DNA from: Octopus bimaculoides
Lineage: Eukaryota
DNA: 64,000 nt
Direction: 5' to 3'
NCBI RefSeq assembly: GCF_001194135.2
Contig: NC_068987.1
Span: 96,472,715 to 96,536,714, forward strand
Program-made: the position numbers and the translations under genes
Part shown: positions 1-13,032 of the stretch, piece by piece
Layout of the letters: every line of letters starts with the position of its first letter
How positions within the stretch are numbered: the first letter of the stretch is position 1
Notes under the pieces: model-generated
The model's input: the letters and a program-made list of their open reading frames with translations, nothing else
Databases searched by the model: none
Told to the model about the DNA's origin: nothing

Positions 1-159
1 ATAAAAAAAATAAAAAATAAAACAAAACAACTCTTGTGTCTCATATTAAATATTTATAATCAATAATACACAATATACAGAGTTTGCTGAAATCTAAGTG
101 TGTTGGTTGAAGAGAAATAAAGAAGATTTAATCAACAATAATAACAATAATTATAGCTT

Positions 160-365
160 CCAATTTAGGCACAAGTACTGCAATTTTGAGGGGAGAGGAT
201 TAGTTGACAGCATCGACCCCAATACTTGATTGGTACTTTATTTTGTTGACCCCGAAAGGATGAAAGGCAAAGTTGATCTCAGCAGGATTTGAAATCAGAT
301 TGTAAAGGGCTGAAAGAAATAGCACAAAGTTTGTCCAATGCTCTAACAATTCTGCCAATCCAAAT
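160..365 (-). mobile_element. tRNA-derived SINE family A
   Basis: ggcacaag..catcgacccc..tggtactt..gacccCGAAAGGATGAAAGGCAAAGT..atttgaa; (AAT)n tail. Confidence 0.8.
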
Positions 366-380
366 AACAACAACAACAGC

Positions 381-435
<55 letters not shown>

Positions 436-437
<2 letters not shown>

Positions 438-990
438 TGCCCTGATGCAGTAACAGACAATGGCTCTCTTGGCTTTTGATCTTAACTGATTGGAAGTGCT
501 ATTGTGTACATGTTTTGTTTTGGTGTTAAAGATGGGCTACAGCAAATATTCTGCTCAATACCACAGATTTGCTTGTCAGTTGTTTGACTTTAACCAGTTG
601 AGCATGTCCCTTGGTGGTTGATGATATGTGTATCTCTGATCACAAGCAAAAGTGGTGGGAGAGCATCATAGCCATGTGTTGAGAAGAATTCTTTGGGGTT
701 TGAATAATTCACCTCTGGAAACATGGGTGTTTCATTCAACATCCTTTAGCAACTCTTATTCAGGGACCTTTTGAGTGGGATGGGCTACTTGACCTGAAGA
801 AAACTAACAGGGCCCCACCTTCAAGGTCATGCGCTGTTTATCTTTATATGATATTACCATGTCGTGCACAAATGGTTGTGGTGCATGTACCTGGTGAACC
901 CTATTGGACAGATAGTCATGATAGGTATATTGGGCTTCATATATTTGTACCCCAGTGTCACTTTGATGACATGTGCTGCTCTCACACTCA
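436..990. repeat. ~555-bp interspersed repeat flanked on both sides by (AAT)n; family not assigned
   Basis: aatgccctgatgcag...ctctcacactc between AAT arrays; no ORF; looks like a dispersed cephalopod repeat. Confidence 0.5.
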
Positions 991-1012
991 ATAATAATAA
1001 TAATAATGTCCA

Positions 1013-1170
1013 AGTTATGGCACAAGGCCAGCGATTTTAGAGGAATGGTAAGTTAATTACATTGATCCCAATACCAGACTGATACTATATTTTATTGATC
1101 CAGAAAGGCTGAAATGTAGAGTTGACCTTGGTGGAATTAGAACTCAGATTGTTATGAGTCAGAAGAAATG
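1013..1170 (-). mobile_element. SINE family A (partial)
   Basis: Same consensus. Confidence 0.7.
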
Positions 1171-1189
1171 CCACAATAATAATAATAAT

Positions 1190-1498
1190 GACAAACATAG
1201 AGACCTGAGAACTGAAATTGCTAAGATGTGGCAGCTGTAAGAGTCAAATGTAAAGGTTGTTCCTGTTGTCATCAGAGCATTGAGTTCAATACCACCCAAC
1301 TTGAAGAAACACCCAGACACTTTAGAAATACTCTGCAATCTTGGTGTATTGCAAAAATTGGCTTTACTTGGAACTGCACACATATTGCATAAAGTACTAT
1401 TTGTCTGAGGTCCTTGTTGTGTTTTGACAGACAGTACAAACCCTTGATACACACAGTATATTTAATTTACATCATAATATTGGATACTGTGTGATATC
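1190..1498 (+). mobile_element. R4/Dong-like 3' fragment, different subfamily, embedded in (AAT)n
   Basis: DKHRDLRTEIAKMWQL*ESNVKVVPVVIRAL...LQKLALLGTAHILHKVLFV* (1190-1408), then a short 3'UTR; AAT repeats on both sides. Confidence 0.8.
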
Positions 1499-1509
1499 AA
1501 TAATAATGA

Positions 1510-1920
1510 TAATCCTTTCTACTAAAGGCACAAGGCCTAAAATTTTGGGGGAGAGGACTAGTTGATTACTGTGACCCCAGTGTTTCACTGGTACTTAATT
1601 TATTGACCCTGGAAGGATGAAAGGCAAAGTTGACCTTGACAGAATTTTAACTCACAATGTAGCAACAGGCAAAATACCACTAAGCATTTCGTTCAGTGTA
1701 CTAAAGATTCTACCAGTTCACCACCATGATAATAGTAATAATAATAATGATAATAATAATAATGGTTTCAATTTTGGCACAAGGCCAGCAAGTTTATGGG
1801 GAGGGGCTAAGTTGATTACATCGACCCCAGTTTTCAACTGGTACTTATTTTGTCAACCCTGAAAGGATGAAAGGCAAAGTCAACCTTGGCGGAATTTGAA
1901 CTCAGAATGTAATGAGTCAG
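1510..1920 (-). mobile_element. Two tandem SINE family A copies (~1510-1725, ~1763-1920)
   Basis: Same consensus; agtagaaaggatt and tttgaaacc tail variants. Confidence 0.8.
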
Positions 1921-2689
1921 AAGAAATAATAATAATAACAGTAGTAGTAGTAGTACACATAAAGTCATTTTGATGACCCAGGTTATGATTTGGAATAACA
2001 TAAAACAATAAGCAGCACACAAACAAAAAAAATATCCAACCTAAAAAAATAGTGGCTGGTTTTTCTTTTTTTGTTGTTGTTGCTGTGATGGTGGTGGTGT
2101 TGGAAGGAACCACACAAAATGGATTGTGTGATTAGACTTTAAATATTAAATATTTAGGCACACCAGAATAGTTAATTAGAGCTGATAATCATAAAGAAAA
2201 TAAATGAGATCATAAATCAGAAATTAATTTGTCAATTTGATAATCTGAGAGGGGGGAGTGATAGGGACTGGATGGGATTGGAAGTTGAGACTATGTTTAT
2301 GTCACCATCATTATTATAATAACTATTATGAGATTCATGATAACTATTATTATTACTGTTTTTATTATTGTAGTAGTAGCAGTAGTAGTTTGAGTGGTAA
2401 AGTGATAAAAGTGGTAGCATGCCAACAAACTGAATCCCCACACCTATTTCATATTTACTTTGATCTTCCTTTGTTCCAACAATGAAATCCGCTGGGATCA
2501 ACATTTCCTTCATCCCTTCAATCAATGAAATAAGTACTAGTAATATGATGACGGCCATTCAGTTTACTACTTGCTAAACCTTCCCTACAAAAATATGGCC
2601 TTTTGGACCGGTTTTAGAAATCTTTATAATTCTTGTAGGTGGCCAAAGCAGGAGAGTGCAGACTAAAATGCATCACATTATTAAATTTT

Positions 2690-3045
2690 GTGGCTGTGTG
2701 GTAAGGAGTTTGCTTCCAAACTACATGGTTCTGGGTTCAGTTCCACTGTGTGACACTTTGGGCAAGTGTCTTCTACTATAGCCTCGGGCTGACCAAAGCC
2801 TTGTGAGAAGATTGGTGAATGGAAACTGAAGGAGTCCCATCATATATATCTATGTATGTCTTTGTGTCTGTTTGTCCCCTACACCCATTTGACAATCGGT
2901 GTTGGTGTGTTAATGTCTGCATAGCTCAGCAGTTCAGCAAAAAAAAAAAAAGTTACAACTGGGGTCAATTCATTCAACTAAAATTCTTCAATGTGGTGCC
3001 CTAGCATGGCTATAGTCTCAAGACTTGAGTAAATGATAAAAGATA
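2690..3045 (+). mobile_element. tRNA-derived SINE family B with CORE-like segment and internal microsatellite
   Basis: tggctgtgtggtaag..gggttcagttccactg..ttgggcaagtgtcttctactatagcctcggg. Confidence 0.8.
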
Positions 3046-3882
3046 CATGATACTAACTGCATTCAAATTTTGGGATATTTTTTCAAACATAAAAAAAAAA
3101 TGCCAGTAATGTAATAGGGCCAATTCAATTATCTATTTCTTCATATCATTACTTAGTCATAGGAGTAAGGTTAGCACCCATGATATGTGTAGGCTCTTCC
3201 AGTATAATGGGATTCTTGTTTAACTTGAAGTTCAAGGGAAAGGGGTAATGAATCCCAAAGGGCTGCAGTTCTGGAAAGAAAAAAAGACTAAGAAAGGATT
3301 TTAGTGTAAGGTTTAGGGAAAGAGGATACAGGAACCTTAACAAGGAGGTGAGAGCAGCGGATGCAACAGATAGGGTCAGACAGGAGGATGCAACAGATAG
3401 AGTATGCAACTTGCTAATTCACAGAAATGGAAGACATTATAGTAGTGAGAGAAGAAGAAGCAGAGAGAGAGGAAACAGCACTGCTGTGGTTTTAGCCCAC
3501 GTACACTAAAGAGTGAGTTTTTATTCCAATCAGTAAATATACTTTTATTCATGAAAAACAGCAGCACTGTCCCATATAGATGTTCTCCTATGTGGGAGCA
3601 AGCTAATCAGAGGCTGAAGTATTTTCTGACTCTAAACAAGAATTTGGTCATTATGATGAGGTTTTGGTAATGTTATACATACATGGAGATACCATTGAGC
3701 TCTAGGACTCATCAGAGCAGTTATCCAGTTTCATAGCATACAAGTGACTGAAATCACACCATTCTCCCTGTATTAGAAGTGTTTTAATCAAGAACACAAC
3801 AAATTGCCTGGTCCAAGAATCAAAACCACTGTTTCATGACTTTGAGTGCAACACCCTAACCAGTAGGCCATATGCCTTAAAC

Positions 3883-3931
<49 letters not shown>

Positions 3932-4389
3932 CTTGGTGCTTTTGAAAGAGAGTAGGTTGAAGTTGTTGTCATTGTTTGCAGTTGTTTAGCTTCAAGTCAA
4001 TTCTGATCAAACAGATGTATGATTAAAGGTATTTCAGCTATGATCATCCTGTCTTTTTATACATCAAGGTTCAATGTGTCCTTTTTTCTTTCCTTAAGAT
4101 GGTGAGGTTTCATTTGAGGGACAATTGCTTGCTATTTCTTGTAGGTCATTGATAAAATTGAGACCTCCACTTCGTTTCAAAAGAGAATAAGTTGCTTTCA
4201 TTGGAAAATGTCTTCTTTTTTTTCATCCCCCTTCCCTACAAAATTTGTGATCTTTTACTAATATAAGAAATTATTATTATCATTATTATTAGATAATTTA
4301 AGAAAACCATTTAAAATGTCTAAAAACAAAATTTGATGCTTCACCAATTCTGTCACCTACTATCAATAGTAATAACAATCTTAATAAAT

Positions 4390-4845
4390 AATAATAACAG
4401 TTTCCAGTTTAGACACAAGGTCAGAAATTCTTTATGGCAGAATGTTAGTTGATCCTACTGACTTCAGTACTTCACAAGTACTTTATTTTATCAAACCTGA
4501 TCAGATGAAAGTTAAATTTAACCTCATCAGGATTTGAATATAAATAGCAAAATGATGAACTGCAAAGCATTTACTACAATGCTCTAGCAATTCTGTCAAT
4601 CCACTAGCTTAATGATAAGAGGAAGAAGAATCCTTTCTACTAAAGGCACAAGGCCTGAAATTTGGTTGGAAGGGGACTAGTTGATTACTTTGACCCAGTA
4701 TTTCACTGGTACTTAATTTATTGACCCCCGAAAAAAATGAAAGGCAAAGTCGACTTTGGTGGAATTTGAACTCAGTGATAGGTGAAATACTGCTAAGCAT
4801 TTTGTCCGGCATGCTAATGATTCTGTCAGCTCGCTGCCTTTAATA
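4390..4845 (-). mobile_element. Two tandem SINE family A copies (~4390-4600, ~4625-4845)
   Basis: The second is near full length, with head aaggcagcgagctgacagaat and B box gagttcaaattcc. Confidence 0.82.
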
Positions 4846-4859
4846 ATAATAATATTACA

Positions 4860-5125
4860 GTTCTATATTTAAAAGATGAGGAATTATGTACATTATTTAC
4901 ATTTGACGGATATTTGTTCTCATCTTATTTGTTGTTAACACAACGTTTTGGCTGATATACCCTCCAGCCTTCATCAGGTGTCTTGGGGAAATTTCGAACC
5001 TGGGTTCTCATTCCTAAGGTATTTTTTGATATTATTATTATTATTCAGGTCACTACCTGCAATCAAACTCGGAATCTTGGGGTTAGTAGCCCACACTCTT
5101 AACCACTATGTCATATGCCTGTGGG
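4860..5125 (-). mobile_element. Composite: tRNA-derived head + (AAT)n + Penelope-like terminal sequence with hammerhead fold
   Basis: Minus strand ggcatatgacatagtggttaagagtgtgggctactaaccccaagattccgagtttgatt (A/B boxes), then gacacCTGATGAaggctg..cagccAAAACGTTgtgtt. Confidence 0.6.
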
Positions 5126-5184
5126 CAATTATGGAGTGGATTTTTGGGCTTATAAATCTAATATTTTCTTATCCTTCCTTAATA

Positions 5185-5345
5185 ATAATCCTTTTTACAA
5201 TAGGCACAAGGCCTGAAATTTTGTGGGAGGAGGCAAGTCAATAACATCGACCCCAGTACTCAACTGGTATTTATTTCATTGATCCCGAAAGATTGAAAGG
5301 TAAAATCAGCCTTGGCAGCATTTGAATTCAGAACGTAAAGATTGA
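5185..5345 (-). mobile_element. SINE family A
   Basis: Same consensus. Confidence 0.75.
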
Positions 5346-5624
5346 AAACATAATACTAATACTAATAATAATAATAATAATGGCAATGAAAAAAGAAACA
5401 ATTTTTTCTTCCCTAAATATCTTGCTTCAGGGAAGTGTATTTATGAAGTGTTGTAGAAAGATTTTTAGCAATCATAAAATGTTTACACAACAATGATGCT
5501 GCTGACGATGATAATAAGAAATTATAACAGTAACAAGAACAACGAGGACAAGAATTTAAAAGAACAGTACTCAAATAGAAGAAAAAAAAAATTTAAAACA
5601 AACAAACAAAAAACAAAGACTCAC

Positions 5625-5722
5625 TTTTTCTCCATTTCTCTCAGTGTATTTACTAGTTGTTCAGTTTTCTCTTCTAGTTTGGCAACCACTTCAGTCTTTT
5701 GTTTCAAATTACTATCACAAGT
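5625..5722 (-). CDS. RUFY1/2: RUFY1/2-like next coding exon, 98 nt, phase 0/2 (below the ORF-track cutoff)
   Basis: Minus strand tctttcAG|ACT TGT GAT ... GAG AAA AA|GTGAGT encodes TCDSNLKQKTEVVAKLEEKTEQLVNTLREMEK. This aligns by eye with the segment directly after ...KLQ in RUFY2 ([32 protein letters not shown], recalled). Phase matches the 59101 donor. Confidence 0.87.
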
Positions 5723-6607
5723 CTGAAAGACAGAACACAGTTTTTAAAGATTAGTTCAATACAGGTAACAATAGTTCAAGTACATGCAGAAGGCTGCAGT
5801 GAAATTTAAATTTGAACTGAAAAGGGCCAAGGCACTTTTACCAGGATTTGCTAAAACATATATCAATATTTTGGGCCTGTCAGTCTGAAGTAGCTCCTTC
5901 AACAACAATAATAGCAAAAGGCTGGTAATCTGGAAATGCCTTTCCTGCTGCTCAATTCAAATTTACAAACTATTGCTTTGTGTAGCAAAACACATGCATA
6001 CATTTCATACACAACATCTTGATCAATCTAGAAGACACATGCCTAAGGTGGAATACTTAGGGATTGAACCTAGAAAAGCATGGTAAGAAGAAAGACTTTT
6101 GATGATCAGTACTCTATTAGAACTTGAGAAGCAAACACAGACCAGTAAGATTTTTCTTCAGTGATACAAGATGGGTGTGCAACGAAATGAAGCACGTGGT
6201 ACTGAATTGATGTTTTTTTCCTCTCCCCTTTTTTCCTTTTCTTTATCTTTCTTTTGTAAAAACTTATATTATGGAAGAATTTAATAAATGATAACAGCTC
6301 ACCAGATTTTAAGTCACTTGCTTTGCACACTTAACAAAAATCCTAAGCAAGAGGACCTGCAATGATTACATCATTATTGTTTTAATGTCCATTTTTCATG
6401 TTTGTACGAGTCAGGCAGATTCTTTGGAAAGGTGGCTGTTTTCCTGTTGGCAACCCTCAGCTGTTTCCAAGTAAGGAAATATTTCCCCATGGCTAGACAT
6501 GACTTTACAGAAGATTGGAAATGACAGGCACTGCTTACATGATGGTGACACATGTTTACAACTATTACATGGAGTCAAAGCAAGGAGATATCCATCCATC
6601 CATCTAT

Positions 6608-6645
<38 letters not shown>

Positions 6646-8260
6646 ATTTAATAAGTAACTAATCCATGAAACTCTCAGCAATTGAGTCACTCTGTTGCTT
6701 GTACTAAATATTAATTAAAAAAAATAACATATATCATCATCATTTAATATCTACTCTCCATGCTGATGATGGGCTTCTTACAGCTTCTGTCTACCAAATA
6801 TAGTCACAAGGCTTTGATTGGTCCAGGGCTGTAGTAGGAGATACTACCCCGACGTGCTCTGCAATGAGACTGAACCCAAAACCATGTAGTTGTAGTTGGG
6901 AAGGAAATTTCTTACCACACAGCCACAACTACAATGACTTTGTACTGTATGAAACCTACAAAGAAACATTTGTATGACCTCATCATCTCAGATTGACTAG
7001 TATTGTCTATACACACACAAATTATTATACCGTACATCAACTTCAAGGGTCTTTGTCACAACTTCATAGCAAAAATAATAAAACGATAGAGACATTAAAA
7101 TATGGAAGCTACTTGTACAGACTAGTAGTGCGATCAGACATCATTATCAATAACAACAGAAACAAAAATATAATGAAACATTTGCTTTCTTACAGATGTT
7201 ACAAAATTTGGTTGAGGAAAATATCTCCTTGAAAGAAATTCTAATTTTAGAAACGTTTTAAGATTTAGAAATAGAAATAGGAATATTAAAAAAAAAAATC
7301 AAAACAAAAAACACAGTACCAATGATAGTGTATTAGGGATGGATAAAAACCAAGTATGGAAAAAAAAACCCACCAAAAAATTGCTCCAGTGATATAATAT
7401 ATAACTTATCCTATGTCCAGAGGATAGAGTTTGGAAACATGAATAGTTCAAATGAAAATAAATGTACAGAAGCTAATCAATATAAAAAATATGACTACAA
7501 ACATTGATTTGTATCTACTTTTTGGAGACAAAACTCCCTGATGTTTCTACATTAAAGAAGACCGAAACATTTTTTTGAGATTAAGAACCATTAAGTAAAT
7601 TCTGTAAAATAATAATAATAATAAAAATACTTGAACCTTAAATGAACAAATGAAGTTGCAGCAATGATTTAACATTTGGTTTTCCATGCTTGAATGGGTC
7701 AGATGAGTATGTTAGAGCAGTTTTCTATGGCCAGATGCAATTCTTGTCACCAACTCCCACCCACTTGTTTCTAGGAGAGCTAATAATAAGTCTGTTCCTA
7801 GAGAAATAAGGTCACTTCCTGTTGAAAAAGAGTTCATAACTCCAACTAATAAGATTTGTCTCCCCTTACACACACTTCCTGTTTTGACACCACACTTCCT
7901 GCTTAACACAAACTTTTAGCCCCTTTTCTCTTTTTTTTAAACCCAACACAACTCTCAATTCTCATGCATCCTTATTTTTCCAACCATTATATACATGAAT
8001 TACCATTGAACTTCAAAAGCTCAAAGACAATATAATGTATTGGTATATTTATTTTTTTATATATTATTTTCTTCATTTTGTACTTCTTTGTAAAAAACAT
8101 TTTCATTCTCCCTCTTCTTGATAATCTGCTATGCAATGAAAGCCGGTTAGAAATCTTTATTAAAATATGCTTCCAGTTTAGCATTCTGCCTTATTATTAT
8201 TTTTCATTTTCCTATTATTTCTCCACGTGTGGTTAACACAACCCCACTATTGACTGACTT

Positions 8261-8307
<47 letters not shown>

Positions 8308-8384
8308 TTTTCCTTTCCACAAACTACAGGACACAAGTGAGGTTGGAAGAAAGATAAAAGGAGAACGGTTTATTNNNNNNNNNN

Positions 8385-8432
<48 letters not shown>

Positions 8433-9814
8433 TTTTCCTTTCCACAAACTACAGGACACAAGTGAGGTTGGAAGAAAGATAAAAGGAGAACGGTTTATTA
8501 AAATGTTCAAGCCTGTTCTGAATGGAAAGAACAACAATAATATAACAACCAGTTAATGATCTGGATTAAAAAAACATCTTTAAAATATGAGTAAATCATA
8601 AAACGAGCTCCGTCATGGAACGAATTGAACTCTTACTGCAAGGTATCACCTGTATATATATACAAATATAATGTGTGTATGTATATATGTGTGAATGTAT
8701 GTATTATGGTAGGATTCAATCACAAAACAGTTACTAAAATTAAATTACAGAACTCTGTAGAGTTTTAGAAATCAAACTTTTCCCTTATCAAATGCATAAT
8801 TTCCAGTTGGGGTGCAAACGTGAACATTTTTCCATTAATTTCAAATCAAAAATATCAATTTGATATGGAAAGCCTTTTTTAAAAAGCAAAAATTCTTAAA
8901 AACAGACTTTTTAACCTTTATTAATTTTGTTAATTTTTCAGTGGTGTGTGATTAGTCATTATTTATGTATGTTTGCGGTTGGCACTGTTCAAATTTGACA
9001 CTCAATAATATTTTGATTTGCATATTATATGCTTTTTGTAGAATGGGTTTAAAAAATGCTAGTAGCTCATAGAGAGAGAACTTCAGTAAAAATTGTCTTC
9101 TTAATAATAACTTTGCAATTGTAAAGACCTACTTGATATTATGCCAAAAAACCAAAAAAAGGAGCTTTCAATACTTATAAAATTTGTTGTATTTGTTGTT
9201 ATTGCCTACATATTGTCTCTTTATAAATCTAAAATATTCTACTTCTTTGACAATATTATTCAAATTATATGACAATTTAAACTTCCACATTAAATCACTG
9301 ATCACTGAAAAAGGAATGAAAGTCATGATAAAATAATTAAATTCATTTTTTCTATGTTTTCTTTTTGCATCAAATTATACTGAATGTGCATACATTTTCT
9401 TTTTTTTAAAAACTATTAGTTTAACAATTTGACTGGGTGTTTTGTTGTTTTAGTAACTGGACTGAAGTTTTTAACTAATTGCAATCTTATTATATAAGAT
9501 TATGTATATAAAATCAAATATATTAAATTGTTAGATGAATTTGGTTTTTTTCTAATTGGCACTCCATTGTTATATGTCTGAAAATAGGCAAAATTTATTC
9601 AAATTTCAAAAATGATGAGCAAAAGTTGTAGAAGAGAGCTGCTACAAAAAAAAAAAAAGAAAAAAAAAAACTCCCCATTAAACACTACAATGAAAATACT
9701 TTACATGTTTATTCAAATAACATTGGAAGAAATTAAAATAAATGAGAGAAAACATGAATTTATCCAACAACCCAATATATATATATATATTAATCCTTTC
9801 CAATCGTGAAGTAT

Positions 9815-9985
9815 ATTTGCTACCTAAATGTGGTGGATCCATAGGGGATGATGCTACTGTTGTTTATAGCTCCAGGAAAACATCTCCTCCAGCTGGATAG
9901 CGACACACTGTCTGTCCGATTAGTATTTGCAAAGGGAAATCATCATTCCCATCTCTAGCCTTACGTGATATACACGGACCCGTTA
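9815..9985 (+). repeat. Diverged third copy of the same family
   Basis: ggatgatgctactgttgttt..ccaggaaaacatct..ccagctgg...cattcccatctctagcct. Confidence 0.65.
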
Positions 9986-11937
9986 TTGAATTAATATGAA
10001 AAATATTTTTATTGTAGTGTTTTATGGGTTTTTTCTAACTATTCTTCCTCTAAAACTTCTGTCTATTGTTTTTGAAATTTGAATAAATTTTACCTCTTTT
10101 TAGTCATGTGATGATGGAGTGCAAATAGGAATAAAAAACTAAAAGTTGCACTGGTGATCTTAATAATAAATCAAGTATAGTTGAGTACTGGGCACAGACA
10201 TGGACAAGATTTTTAGAAGAAGACTGATAGTTATCTATTCATACGAATCTCTCCTTTTTGTGCCACCAATGTCTATGTAAGGGAAAGGCTGCTGACATGA
10301 GCCAATAAAGCTTGACACCAGTGTAGCAAACTCATAAGAGGTGGAGAGAGAACATAGGCTCGTTTGCCCGAACAGGAGAAATTATTGATTTCACATTGGT
10401 TGAAAATTATTGCCCATATACGAATTCTGAACTTTCATTAAAGAAATATTTCACGAAGTACGGTTCTAGAATTCGTGTATGAGCAGTTATAAAAACCCTG
10501 ATTTTTGGGAAACTCTCCAGTGATCGTTGGACCGCCACTCAAATCCACGACACTCGCCCTCTTGAGTATCGGCTAATATTTATGCTATGTTCAATACTCA
10601 TATCCGACAATATTGAATTGTTGTAAACTCTAGTAGTTAGAATGAAAGATTAGTTAGTGTAAATTTTAAGTCATAATTCTCTACGACAAAATGACTTTAT
10701 TTCTAATGGTTCTATAAATGCCAAATGTACATAATAAACTAATGTAGAAATTTAATTCCTTTTGCTTCTCGTTTCTTTCAACTTGTTGAATTTATTTCTG
10801 TATTTATGAAACTGTATTTTTTTATGTAACGGTCAAAAGAATATGAATCCATATCTTCAACATACATGCACGTATTTAACGCACGTTCAGCGTCTTGGTA
10901 TGTATAATTCATCATAATATTTACACAGCCTAAAATAAGAGTTATGCTTAGTGATAAATACTTATAATTAAGTTATAAGTGACGAGATTGTCATCATAGC
11001 TTTTAATTAAGAAGTACTAATATTTGTTATAACTTACAATCGAAAACATTTAAAATAGGATACAGTATTCACTCCCCGACTGTAACACATAAAACCAGTA
11101 TCACAGTCTCATTGCAGGCATTGCTGTAGATTGCAAAGGGCCAGAACAGATACAAGGCATTTTATTGACCCTTTTACAATTTTGCACATCTACTGTCCTC
11201 AATTTGTGTTTGTGCAAGAGAGTTGGAGCAAATACCACAAATCATTCTACCCAAAGACTTTACCATTTTATGTATTACTATCAGCATGTAAATCTCTCTC
11301 ATATCACACGCACACACTGACAGACACTCTTCAACTTGCAACTTATGTGACTTACAACCACTTGCAGTTGCAACAATGTATATTTCTACGCATTCATATT
11401 GCAAGTATCAAGCTTAGTTTTTAAAAATTTACTACCGCCAAAGAGTCTGTGCGTCATTTGACAGCCTGATTCAAAATGGTTACAGGCAAATATCAGTCTT
11501 AATTCTTACTTTTTGTTTGTATTTATCATAACTTGTTTCAATGAAATATCTATTTGTGTTATAATTATGTGCTTAAATTAAAATTTGCTTTGTATTATCT
11601 TTGTATTATAATAATGTGTTTAAAATAAAATTTCTAATGAAACATTCAAATAATATTTTTGGAAATTTCACATTTGGGCTGTTAGCTCCAGGTTATCCAA
11701 AATAAGATAAAATGAAAAGATCAAAATAAAATAAGCTAGCAAATAAAAGAAATAAATAAATAAAAGTTATTAGTAACTATATACAACTCTTTCTACTTTT
11801 GGCACAAGGCCAGCAATTTTAGGGAAAGAGATAAGTCAATTACATTGATTCCTTTGCTCAAATGGTACTTATCTTATCAACCCTGAAAAGATGAAAGGCA
11901 AAGTTGACTTCAGGCAATTTTAATCTCAGAAGGTACA

Positions 11938-12360
11938 CGCATGGCTGTTTGGAAAGAAGCTTGCTCCCCCAACCACATGATTCTGGGTTCAGTCCCACTG
12001 TGTGGCACCTTGGGCAAGTGTCTTCTANNNNNNNNNNCCACTGTGTGGCACCTTGGGCAAGTGTCTTCTATCATAGCCTCAGGCCAACCAAAGCCTTGTG
12101 AGTGGATTTGGTAGACGGAAACTGTAAAAAGCTCATCACATATATATGTATATATATTTATGTGTATATATCTTTGTGTCTGTGGTTGTCTCCCATAATC
12201 ACATGACAACCGATGTTGGTGTGTTTATATCCCTGTAAGTTAGTGGTTAGCACTAGGCTTACAAAGAATAAATCCTGGGGTTGATTTCTTTGACTAAAAA
12301 ACCCTTTAAGGTAGTGCTTCAGCATGGCCGCAGTCAAATGACTGAAACATGTAAAAGAAT
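11938..12360 (+). mobile_element. SINE family B (spans a 10-N gap)
   Basis: Same consensus through to cagcatggccgcagtcaaatgactgaaaca. Confidence 0.8.
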
Positions 12361-12728
12361 GTAGAATTTACAATGCTGGTTTGCCTCATTTTTCTACATC
12401 ACAGTTTGGAAACACCATTTTCTTGACATTGAAGATGAACTTGAACAAATAAAACAAATGGCTTAGATATGAGAGTAGGAACCCATTCTTGGGAAGGAAA
12501 ATAAAAATGAAATATTAACTAAAGTAATTCAGTAGAACTTTAAAACACTGTTATAATTCATAAAGCTTGATGATATCCAATATATTAGTTATCCTTATTT
12601 TTATAAAAGTTGAAGACAATGATTTTTCACCAAGTTGAAAAGGCAAGATGCTGAAACTATAGACACAACTTTGCTACAAAGTTTGCATTTTGAAGGATCT
12701 GAAGGTGAATGTTTGCAAAATATAGTCA

Positions 12729-12920
12729 AGTTTATCTGCCAACATAATGTGGCAGTCCTATACAAGGACGATGTTACTGTCATTTAGCCCCAGGAAAACA
12801 TCTTTTCCAGTTGGCTACCGGCTCACAATTTGTGGCTGTATAGTATATGAAAAGGAGGTCATCACTCCCATCTCTGGCCTGACATGATACTCACAAACCT
12901 CGGTTTCTGGGTAGTTACTC
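12729..12920 (+). repeat. Direct copy of the arm plus internal sequence of the 13033-13416 family
   Basis: agtttatctgccaacataatgtggcagtcctatacaagg...ttttccagttggc matches 13085-13175. Confidence 0.8.
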
Positions 12921-13032
12921 ATCCTCAGTATGAGAAAACCACCGGCTAGTGATGAAGGCTCTCTCCACTTGCAAATACTATATATTTTTTAAGCAACAAA
13001 CAGTCGCTGATCTCATAAAGAGAAAAACAACT

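Noticed and set aside
8283-8497. Exact direct duplications flanking 10-N gaps (also 11998-12068 and 46634-46711)
   Set aside because: Typical unmerged contig overlaps at placeholder gaps, not biological repeats.
11131-11424. Overlapping 97-aa and 76-aa ORFs near the CpG-rich region
   Set aside because: No recognisable domain, codon pattern or splice signals.
12601-12783. Minus-strand ORF with SKCKLCSK, superficially like the RUFY FYVE domain
   Set aside because: No RKHHCR motif, it overlaps a repeat, and FYVE exons must lie downstream of 5625 (outside the window).
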